A DNA stretch of 64,000 bases, taken from contig CAAENO010000218.1 of the NCBI GenBank assembly GCA_900757385.1, positions 5,226 through 69,225 of the forward strand, written 5' to 3'. The stretch comes from an uncultured Collinsella sp. GTDB taxonomy: Bacteria; Actinomycetota; Coriobacteriia; Coriobacteriales; Coriobacteriaceae. Under the pieces are notes generated by a model. It was not told the DNA's origin, made no database searches, and saw nothing but the letters and a program-made list of their open reading frames with translations. A program made the position numbers and the translations under genes. Positions 56,112 through 64,000 of this stretch are shown one piece after another. Numbering within the stretch: the stretch's first letter is position 1; every line of letters starts with the position of its first letter.

Positions 56112-57050
56112 TTACAACACGGACCTGACCGCGGCTTCGATGCCGTCGGCGTCCAAACCGTACTTGTGCAGCAAATCGACCGCAGGGCCGGACTCGCCAT
56201 ATACATCGCGCACGCCGACGCGTCGCATCGGCACCGGATGCTGTTCCGCGAGCACCGAGGCCACGGCCTCGCCAAGACCGCCGATAATCGAATGCTCCTC
56301 GGCGGTGACCACGCGACCAGTCTTCTTGGCGCTGGCAACCACCAGGCGCTCATCAAGCGGCTTGATCGTGTGCATGTTGATGACCTCGGCGTCGATACCA
56401 TCGGCAGCGAGCGCCTCGGCAGCCTCAAGCGCCTCGGCGACCATGAGGCCACAAGCGACGATGGTCACATCGGACCCCTCGCGCACGACCACGCCGCGAC
56501 CAATCTTGAACTCATAGTCCTCGCGGTCGTTGATGACCGGTGTTGCCAGGCGGCCGAAGCGCATGTAGACCGGTCCCTCAAACTCATAGGCGGCGCGCAC
56601 GCAAGCGCGAGCCTCGATGTCATCGGCGGGAACGATCACCGTCATACCCGGGATCGTGCGCATGAGCGCGATGTCCTCGCAGCACTGATGCGTGGCGCCG
56701 TCTTCACCGACCGATATACCCGCATGCGTGGCGCCGATTTTGACGTTGAGGTGCGGATAGCCGATGGAATTACGCACTTGTTCGTACGCGCGGCCGGCGG
56801 CGAACATGGCAAAGGTGCTCGCAAAGGCGACGTGACCCGTGGTCGCAATGCCGGCGGCGAGCCCCATCAAGTTGCTCTCGGCAATGCCGGCATCGTAGAA
56901 GCGCTCAGGATGCGCAGCCTTAAACTTACCCGTCTGCGTTGCGGCGGCCAGGTCGGCATCGAGAACCACAAAGTCATCGCGCTCATTGCCCAGCTCGACA
57001 AGTGCCTCGCCATAGCTAACGCGTGTGGCGACTTTCTTGACGTCTGCCAT
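56112..57050 (-). CDS. Transketolase C-terminal subunit (mirror copy)
   Basis: Identical to 17683-18621. Confidence 0.93.
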   Translation of the reverse strand: MADVKKVATRVSYGEALVELGNERDDFVVLDADLAAATQTGKFKAAHPERFYDAGIAESNLMGLAAGIATTGHVAFASTFAMFAAGRAYEQVRNSIGYPHLNVKIGATHAGISVGEDGATHQCCEDIALMRTIPGMTVIVPADDIEARACVRAAYEFEGPVYMRFGRLATPVINDREDYEFKIGRGVVVREGSDVTIVACGLMVAEALEAAEALAADGIDAEVINMHTIKPLDERLVVASAKKTGRVVTAEEHSIIGGLGEAVASVLAEQHPVPMRRVGVRDVYGESGPAVDLLHKYGLDADGIEAAVRSVL

Positions 57051-57880
57051 TAGAGCTCCTCCCCTGCTGCTGCGAGCTCGGCCATGGCCTGCTCAAACTG
57101 TTCATCGTCGGGCGCCTTGCCGTGCCAGCCCACCTGGTTTTCCATAAAGGAGACGCCCTTGCCCTTCACCGTCTCGGCGATAATGGCCACGGGCGAGTCG
57201 CTCACTTTGCGGGCCTCGGCAAAGGCGGCTGCAATCTGCGCCATGTCGTTACCGTCGGCAAGCTCGATCACATGCCACTTAAAGGCGCGGAACTTGTCGG
57301 CAAGCGGCATAGCCGAGTTAACTTCGTCGATACTGCCGTCAATTTGCAGGCCATTGTGATCGACGATAGCGACAAGGTTATCCAGGTCGTGGTTGCCGGC
57401 GAACATTGCCGCCTCCCACACCTGGCCTTCCTCGCACTCACCGTCGCCCAACAGCGTGTAGACGCGGTAGCTGTCACCCCAGTGCTTTGCGGCGAGTGCC
57501 ATTCCAACCGCGGCGGAGATACCCTGACCGAGCGATCCGGTGGACATATCAACACCCGGGGTGTCGTTCATGTTGGGATGGCCCTGCAGTCGGCTGCCAA
57601 TATGGCGGAGCGTCTCGAGCTCTTCGACGGGAAAATAGCCGCGATTTGCCAACACCGAATACAGGCCCGGCGCCGCGTGACCCTTGGAGAGCACAAAGCG
57701 GTCGCGATCGGCCTTGTGAGGGTCGGCAGGATCGATATTCATTTCCTCAAAGTACAGATACGTCATGATGTCGGCTGCACCGAGCGATCCACCCGGATGT
57801 CCCGACTTGGCCGCGTGAACCGCAGTCACGACACCCTTCCTGACCTCATTGGCGACCTTCGCCAGCTCCTGGTTGGTCAT
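57050..57880 (-). CDS. Transketolase N-terminal subunit (mirror copy)
   Basis: Identical to 16853-17683. Confidence 0.93.
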   Translation of the reverse strand: MTNQELAKVANEVRKGVVTAVHAAKSGHPGGSLGAADIMTYLYFEEMNIDPADPHKADRDRFVLSKGHAAPGLYSVLANRGYFPVEELETLRHIGSRLQGHPNMNDTPGVDMSTGSLGQGISAAVGMALAAKHWGDSYRVYTLLGDGECEEGQVWEAAMFAGNHDLDNLVAIVDHNGLQIDGSIDEVNSAMPLADKFRAFKWHVIELADGNDMAQIAAAFAEARKVSDSPVAIIAETVKGKGVSFMENQVGWHGKAPDDEQFEQAMAELAAAGEEL

Positions 57881-57943
57881 ACGAATTCCTCTCTTGAGAA
57901 CAACCCCGGCACCGGATGGCGCGATGCCGAGGCAACCCGGTCG

Positions 57944-58627
57944 TTAAGCCTGAGCGACGACCTTCTGCCAGTCAGCCTCAAAAGAGGCGAGGCCCTGGTC
58001 GGTCAGCGGGTGATGCAGGCACTTCTTGAGAGCGGCCATGGGCACGGTCGCGATGTCGGCACCAAGAAGAGCCGCCTGGGTCACGTGGTTGGGCGTGCGG
58101 ACCGAAGCGGTGATGATCTCGACGGTGTCGTCGACGTTCTTGCCGGTCCAGTCATAGTTCTTGATGCAGGTCACGACATTGTCGAGCTGCGAGATGCCGT
58201 CCTCGGCGATGTCGTCAAAGCGGCCGACAAACGGGCTGATGTAGCGGGCACCGGCGTTGGCGGCCATGAGGGCCTGCGTCGGCGAGAAGACGAGCGTCAT
58301 GTTGACGCGCACGCCCGCATCGGCCAGGGCGCGGCAGGCGGCGAGGCCGGCCTCGCACACGGGAAGCTTGACCACGATGTTGGGAGCCAGGGCGGCAAGA
58401 CGCTTGCCCTCCTCGATCATGCCCTCGGCAGTGGTCGCGGTGGACTCAGCAGACACGGGCAGGCCCTCGCAGAGCTCGGCAATCTTGAGCATATGGGGCT
58501 CAAAGTCGGCGAGCTTGCCGCCGGTCTTGGCGTACAGGGACGGGTTGGTGGTGACGCCGGCAAGGCAGCCCCAGCTCTTGGCCTCGGCGATCTCGTCAAG
58601 GTTGGCGGTATCGATAAAGAACTTCAT
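57944..58627 (-). CDS. Transaldolase/FSA (mirror copy)
   Basis: Identical to 16106-16789. Confidence 0.92.
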   Translation of the reverse strand: MKFFIDTANLDEIAEAKSWGCLAGVTTNPSLYAKTGGKLADFEPHMLKIAELCEGLPVSAESTATTAEGMIEEGKRLAALAPNIVVKLPVCEAGLAACRALADAGVRVNMTLVFSPTQALMAANAGARYISPFVGRFDDIAEDGISQLDNVVTCIKNYDWTGKNVDDTVEIITASVRTPNHVTQAALLGADIATVPMAALKKCLHHPLTDQGLASFEADWQKVVAQA

Positions 58628-58752
58628 GGTGCAAACTCCTTCTTAGGAATCCAAAACTCAAAAAATAGGACAAAGGGGATGTCCCTTTGTCCTATGTGCC
58701 GGGCCTGCAGCTGGGACATGCCCCAGGCCCGGCGTCGTGTAGGAAAAGCTAC

Positions 58753-60021
58753 TTAGAGAGCCTTCTCGATGCGGCTCGTGACGCCCTTGAGGTTAAGACC
58801 GACGACGTACTGCTTGATCGGGCGCTTGATGTGCTCGATCACAAAGCGCTTGCCGTCAATGTCCTGGGCAGCGAGGTTGCGATAGAGCTTCTCGACCTGC
58901 TCCTTGACCTCGGGATCGTTGAACGCGTAGTGGCCGGAGACATCCAGAATCTTCAGGCTGAGCTCGTCGTCGGCCAGAATGTCGTCAACCTGCAGGTTGA
59001 CATCGTCGCCGGTCATCCACTTGCGCCAGCGCTCGGTCTTGATGGCCTTGACCAGCAGCGTGTGATACAGATCGGAGGGATCGTCGCACAGGCCGTTGTC
59101 GACCAGAATCTGCTCGGTAGCGCAGAGCTTGAGGTAAGCGCGGGTCTCCTCGGTGCCGTACTGAGGGGCGACATTGGAAGCGGTCACGTGTGCCGGGATG
59201 TGCTCGAGCAGCGTCGCGTCGTCCAGGTAGTCGGCGTTGTGCTCCTTCAGGCCCACGCCGTAGCGCTTGGCCATGTCGGCGAGCTCGCGGGCATTCTTAA
59301 AGTTGTAATGACCGACCTGCTCGGTCCAACGGGTGAGCGTACCGGTCTGGCCGACGATAAAGGTGGGCATGGGGCAGCCGCGCTTCTCGAGCTCGGGCTG
59401 CAGCTGAGAAATGAACTCCTCGTACTTGTCGGTGGAGGTCAGGCCGCCATTGGTCTCCTCGGTACCGACCTCATAGGCAACCTCGGGCAGGTTATGCTCG
59501 CGACGGTACTGCTCAAGATAGTCGATTAGATCGATCGTGCGGCGAAGCACCACGTCAAGCGGAATAACCTTGCCGATCTGATAGGGGTCCTTGGTGGGGT
59601 CGACCATCAGCAGGTCAAAGCCTGCCTCCATGTCGGCGACAAAGGACTTGCGGGCGAGCTCCATGGCCTCGTCCTCGGGCAGGTGGGCGTTACGCTCCTC
59701 GTCGCGCTGCCACGGACCGCCGTGATCGCGGCACAGGTAGTACGGACCGGTATAGCCCACCTCGTCGGCAACCTTCTTAATGTCGGCGGCAAAGCGCGTC
59801 TGGTCCCAACCGTTGACGTAGCCGGCGCCCATCTCGTCCATATCGACCTGGTTGCGGCTAGCGATAAACATGGGCGGGAAATCCTCGTCCTTGGCAAGCT
59901 CGAACACGGCCTGAATCAGGTTGGGGCTCATGGGGCCAATGCCGACCATGGTTGCGTGATCGCCGCTGTCCTGCAGCTTGAGCATGCCCTGAACGGCCTG
60001 GCGGATGGTGAGGTTGGACAT
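58753..60021 (-). CDS. GatZ/KbaZ-family protein (mirror copy)
   Basis: Identical to 14712-15980. Confidence 0.8.
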   Translation of the reverse strand: MSNLTIRQAVQGMLKLQDSGDHATMVGIGPMSPNLIQAVFELAKDEDFPPMFIASRNQVDMDEMGAGYVNGWDQTRFAADIKKVADEVGYTGPYYLCRDHGGPWQRDEERNAHLPEDEAMELARKSFVADMEAGFDLLMVDPTKDPYQIGKVIPLDVVLRRTIDLIDYLEQYRREHNLPEVAYEVGTEETNGGLTSTDKYEEFISQLQPELEKRGCPMPTFIVGQTGTLTRWTEQVGHYNFKNARELADMAKRYGVGLKEHNADYLDDATLLEHIPAHVTASNVAPQYGTEETRAYLKLCATEQILVDNGLCDDPSDLYHTLLVKAIKTERWRKWMTGDDVNLQVDDILADDELSLKILDVSGHYAFNDPEVKEQVEKLYRNLAAQDIDGKRFVIEHIKRPIKQYVVGLNLKGVTSRIEKAL

Positions 60022-60165
60022 TTTGTTCTCCTTCTCCAGAGGATTTTTGACAAAAGTTCCCTGGGACCCAGATGTGGGCCCTATCAGTGCGGATGGATCT
60101 TGTTGTGTAGGGGCGGTTGTGCGGAGTCAAATCCATCCCTCCGCACAACCGGAGTCCTTAAAGGT

Positions 60166-61638
60166 TTACTTGGCCTGCTTATCGAGCGTGGGCTTCATGG
60201 CAATCAGGATTGCAGCGGCGACCACGGCGCCAATCACGATGTCCAGGCAGAACAGCGCGACGTTGTTGGTGGCAAGGGCGACGATAAAGCCACCGTGCGG
60301 GACGTAGCAGTCGATGCCCTGGAAGGCGGCAAGCGCCGCGCCCACGGCAGAGCCGATGCAAATGCCGGGCAGGGTGTGGCCAAGATCCTTGACCGCGAAG
60401 GGAATAGCGCCCTCGGTAATACCGATGCAGCCCATGAACAGCGCAGAGATGCCCATCTGACGGTCAGCGTCATCGAACTTGTTCTTGGCGATGAGCGCAG
60501 CGAGGCCGCAAGCAATCGGGGGAATGGCGACGGCGACGCGGAACATACCGTTGGGGCCGTAGATGCCGGAGGCCATGATGGCCATGGTAAAGGTCGAGGC
60601 GGTCTTGTTGATGGGGCCACCCATATCGAAGGCGGTCATAACACCAATGACCAGGCCCAGGACGACGGCGGAGCCGCCCTGCAGGCTGCCGAGCACGCCG
60701 GTAAGCCAGTCCATCACAAAGCCAAGCGGCGTGGCCAGGATGTAGATATAGGCCATGCCCAGGACAAGCGAGGTCAGAATCGGGATAATCAGGATGGGCA
60801 TGATGGTCTGGATGGTGTTGTTGACCTTCCAGGTCTTCATCCAGCGGACAAAGTAGCCGCAGATAACCGCCATGATCATGGCGCCCAAGAAGCCGGTCGA
60901 AACGCTGTTGCCGTTAGGGGTAACGACTGCGTTGTTGACCAGGTAGCCCAAGACAAAACCGGGGGCGAGCGCGGGCTTGCCGGCCATCGAGTAGGAGATG
61001 TAAGCCGCAAGCACCGGGATCATCATGGAGATGCCGGCCATGCCGATGGTGTTAAGACTCACCATCAGCGGGTTCGTAACCTCCATGCCGTTGGCGCCGG
61101 CGGTACCGGATGCCAGCGAGAAGGCAAGGAACACGCCGCCGATAACGACAATGGGGATAAAATAGGAAACGCCGGTATTGAATGCATTGAGCAGCGTCTT
61201 GCCAGGATCGGCAAAGATGGACTGCTTGGACGCCGGTGTCGGGGCCTGCGGGGCAGCGGAGACGGCCTTCTTCTCTGCCTTGGCCTCGGCCTTGGGCGCG
61301 TCAACGGAGCCGCCCGTCGCCTTGATGATCTCAATAGCCTGGTCGATGATCTTTGCCGGATCGGCGATTACATCGGAAGTACCGACCTTGAGGAACTTGC
61401 CCTCGGCCATCTTCTGCTCAAAACGGTCCTCGTTCTCGACGCCCACGTCGACGGACTCCAGGACCAGGTCGGCGGAGTCCACGTCTTCCTGCGTGAGCTC
61501 ATTCTCGATACCCAGGCCACCCTGAGCCTCGACCTTGCACTCGATGCCACGGGCGGCGCATTCATCTTGAATCGCCTTCTGGGCCATATACGTGTGGGCG
61601 ATACCCACGGTACAGGCGGCAACGCCTACGATCTTCAT
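60166..61638 (-). CDS. PTS fructose-family EIIBC (mirror copy)
   Basis: Identical to 13095-14567. Confidence 0.93.
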   Translation of the reverse strand: MKIVGVAACTVGIAHTYMAQKAIQDECAARGIECKVEAQGGLGIENELTQEDVDSADLVLESVDVGVENEDRFEQKMAEGKFLKVGTSDVIADPAKIIDQAIEIIKATGGSVDAPKAEAKAEKKAVSAAPQAPTPASKQSIFADPGKTLLNAFNTGVSYFIPIVVIGGVFLAFSLASGTAGANGMEVTNPLMVSLNTIGMAGISMMIPVLAAYISYSMAGKPALAPGFVLGYLVNNAVVTPNGNSVSTGFLGAMIMAVICGYFVRWMKTWKVNNTIQTIMPILIIPILTSLVLGMAYIYILATPLGFVMDWLTGVLGSLQGGSAVVLGLVIGVMTAFDMGGPINKTASTFTMAIMASGIYGPNGMFRVAVAIPPIACGLAALIAKNKFDDADRQMGISALFMGCIGITEGAIPFAVKDLGHTLPGICIGSAVGAALAAFQGIDCYVPHGGFIVALATNNVALFCLDIVIGAVVAAAILIAMKPTLDKQAK

Positions 61639-62053
61639 TGCTTCCCTCTTTTCATAGAGTTGCGTGCGCAAGACACCGTTTGCGGAGGCCTCCGGAGCAT
61701 CCCCTGCCGTTTGGACTTGCTGTCTTTTCGACAAAACCAATATAGGGTGCTGGCATTGATAAAACTAGTTCATTTCGGTAAACGCGCAGGTCAGGGCATA
61801 AGTTATGCGATTTAGTTATGCGTTTAACCAAAAATGAATCCTGCGATTTTACCCTCGATTTCAAAAGTCAAGAAGTATTTGATTTTCTCGGTAGACGGCA
61901 GATGCGCATGCCGGTCACAAATTTCGACCCCACCCGTATACCGCATTTGTTGCATACTCATATGAAAGGAGAGGGTCGCTCACCAAAGCGCATCCCACAC
62001 CAAGACTCAAAGTCATCATGTTGGAAAATGCTCATCTGTCGGAAGGAGTCGCT

Positions 62054-63064
62054 GTGGCAAAACAGCGCGTTACGATCGCAGACGTCGCCCGCGAGGCAGG
62101 AACTTCGACGGCAAGCGTCTCGTATTACCTCAACGACAAACGAGAAAAGCTTAGCGAGAAGACGCAGGCAAAGATTGCGCGCGTCATCAAGGAACTCGGA
62201 TACGTTCCCAACGCCCAAGCGCAAACGCTCACCGGCAAACAGACCCACGTCATCGCCATCATCATCTTGGATAACACCAACAAGTGGGCAGGCCTCGTCC
62301 TCAACGGCATGGAGCAGGTCATGCTCCCCGCGGGCTACCAAACGGTCGTTTGCACCAGCAATTTCGACCCCGAGACCGAGCTCATGTATGTCGATAAAAT
62401 GCTCTCGCTGGGCGTCGATGGCTTTATCATCCAGCCCACGGCAAACTTCAAAGCCGTGCACGACCGCATTAGACGCGCCGGCAAGCCGGTCGTCTTTTTC
62501 GATGCGGCCATCTATAGCCCAGGTACCAGCTGGATCAAAACCAACCTTTACGACGGCGTGTACAACGCCACACAGGCACTCCTCGACGCCGGCTACGAAG
62601 ATTTCTTTTCCATTGCCGCCAACATGACCGAGATGCGCACCCGCATGGAACGTTTTCAGGGATATGCCGAGGCACTGGCAGCGAACGGACAGCTCTACAA
62701 AGCGATTCCCATCGACCACAACAAGCCGTCGGTCAATGAGCTTACCGAGTACTTTAAGTACAAGTTCAACCCCGCCAAGCGAACCCTTATCTTCGTGCAA
62801 AATCAGTGGGCACTTCCCCGTATCTACAAGGCCCTCCAGCCCATGGCCCATCTACTTCCGCAGCAAATCGGTCTTTTGGGACTCAACTGCGAAGACTGGA
62901 CCAACCTCACCACGCCGACCGTCTCCACGATCATCGAGCCCGTCGACCAGGAAGGCAGGGAGGCGGCCGAGATGCTCCTCGCCTTGCTTGATGGCAGCAG
63001 CCAACCCGGCGAGCAGCGCATTCTCGAGTGCAAGCTCAACTGGCTCGACTCCACCTCGATCTAG
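62054..63064 (+). CDS. LacI regulator (mirror copy)
   Basis: Identical to 11669-12679. Confidence 0.92.
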   Translation: MAKQRVTIADVAREAGTSTASVSYYLNDKREKLSEKTQAKIARVIKELGYVPNAQAQTLTGKQTHVIAIIILDNTNKWAGLVLNGMEQVMLPAGYQTVVCTSNFDPETELMYVDKMLSLGVDGFIIQPTANFKAVHDRIRRAGKPVVFFDAAIYSPGTSWIKTNLYDGVYNATQALLDAGYEDFFSIAANMTEMRTRMERFQGYAEALAANGQLYKAIPIDHNKPSVNELTEYFKYKFNPAKRTLIFVQNQWALPRIYKALQPMAHLLPQQIGLLGLNCEDWTNLTTPTVSTIIEPVDQEGREAAEMLLALLDGSSQPGEQRILECKLNWLDSTSI

Positions 63065-63183
63065 ACCGCGGGACAAATTAATCAGGAGTGTTTGTCCCAA
63101 ATCTTAAGTATTTGTTCGACAGAACGGCCCCTGTCGGCTCCTGCTAGACTGGTAGATTCGCAACCGACTACCCAGGAGCCCCC

Positions 63184-64000
63184 ATGTCGCGCAAGTCCGC
63201 CTACAAGCAAGTACTTTCCATCGGCACCGCCGTGGTGCTGGGGTTTGCACTGTTTACGGGATCGCTTGACGGGGCGCCCAAGCTGCTGTCGCCGCAAAGC
63301 GATGGACAGGCGGCGGCTCTGGCCGAAAAACAAAACGAGAGCCCCAGCCGCACCGACGACGAGGCAGACCTGGTCGCCCGGCTCGAATCGGGAACAGCGA
63401 GTTCCTCGGACTCTCAAAATAGCCAAGACTCTGGCGATGGCCCCGATTCCGCCGCAACCGACACCGGCGACGGCGCTTCCGCGGACAGCGCCGCCACCCC
63501 CATCGACGAGGTCGAAAACCCCGATCTCAACCGCGCCCGCGGCGTATATCTCAGCAGCATTCCCGACTACGCCGGCAACCCCTACGTTACCCTTCGCGCC
63601 GATGGCACGCACCCGCTCGGCACGCCGTCGTTCACGCTCGATGAATACGAGCGGGCCACCGAAGAAGGATGCTTTAAGAAGTTCTCAAAGCTCGACAGCC
63701 TGGGCCGTACCCGCAAAGCACTCGCCTGCATAGGACTCGAATCGCTCGGCAAAGGCAAGCGCGGCGATATCTCGCGTATCCATCCTGCCGGTTGGCACCA
63801 GCAGCGCTACGACTTTATTCCAGGCCAGAGCCTCTACAACCGCTGCCACCTCATCGCCTGGTCGCTCTGCGGCGAAAACGCCAACCGCAAGAATCTCCTC
63901 ACCGGCACGCGCTATCTCAACGAGACGGGCATGCTACCGTTTGAGGAGCAGATTCTCGACTACATCCGCGAAACGGGCAACCACGTGCTCTACCGCGTCA
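63184..64000 (+). CDS. Non-specific endonuclease (mirror copy, runs off the window end)
   Basis: ATG at 63184; reverse complement of 10733-11549. Confidence 0.85.
   Translation, partial: MSRKSAYKQVLSIGTAVVLGFALFTGSLDGAPKLLSPQSDGQAAALAEKQNESPSRTDDEADLVARLESGTASSSDSQNSQDSGDGPDSAATDTGDGASADSAATPIDEVENPDLNRARGVYLSSIPDYAGNPYVTLRADGTHPLGTPSFTLDEYERATEEGCFKKFSKLDSLGRTRKALACIGLESLGKGKRGDISRIHPAGWHQQRYDFIPGQSLYNRCHLIAWSLCGENANRKNLLTGTRYLNETGMLPFEEQILDYIRETGNHVLYRV

Larger units (their letters stand above)
10733..64000. repeat. Giant spacerless inverted duplication; arms 10733-37366 and 37367-64000 (at least 26.6 kb each)
   Basis: Every ORF has an identical translation on the opposite strand at 74733-x; axis GGACTCAGCGCAACG|CGTTGCGCTGAGTCC. 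Confidence 0.99.

Noticed and set aside
37367..64000. Treating right-arm genes as independent paralogues
   Set aside because: Translations are identical to the left arm; they are one duplication event or an artefact.
1..64000. tRNA or rRNA genes, prophage, integrase
   Set aside because: None recognised by eye; tRNAscan-SE and barrnap were not run.

Overview
GC-rich chromosomal DNA whose genes and codon style look like a gut Coriobacteriia (Collinsella-like; taxon inferred, not verified). Only about 37.4 kb is unique. From 10733 to 64000 the window is one giant, apparently perfect inverted duplication with no spacer: position x mirrors 74733-x, the axis lies between 37366 and 37367, and the right arm runs off the window. 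The axis sits in a short palindrome at the 5' end of an IS30-family element, giving two head-to-head transposase copies and no complete left inverted repeat. Unique content before the arms: 3' part of ftsH, a class I/II aminotransferase, a parS-like site, a PHP phosphatase, rlmD, a polar amino acid ABC transporter and a divergent EF-G paralogue. Mirrored content: a membrane-anchored non-specific nuclease; a LacI-controlled fructose-family PTS operon (IIBC, GatZ/KbaZ-like protein, transaldolase/FSA, split transketolase, IIA); modD; an old tandem duplication of larE plus a HAD phosphatase, interrupted by a Schlafen/AlbA_2 gene preceded by ten TAGAGAGA boxes; an AAA-DUF4143 ATPase; LacI; glmS; GntR; a YeiH-type exporter; a degenerate Fis-type activator; a nitroreductase; small hypotheticals; and the IS30 element. 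Intergenic DNA carries a 46-bp REP-like repeat (5 copies per arm) and several long hairpins. Whether the giant palindrome is real or an assembly/library artefact cannot be decided from this sequence alone.
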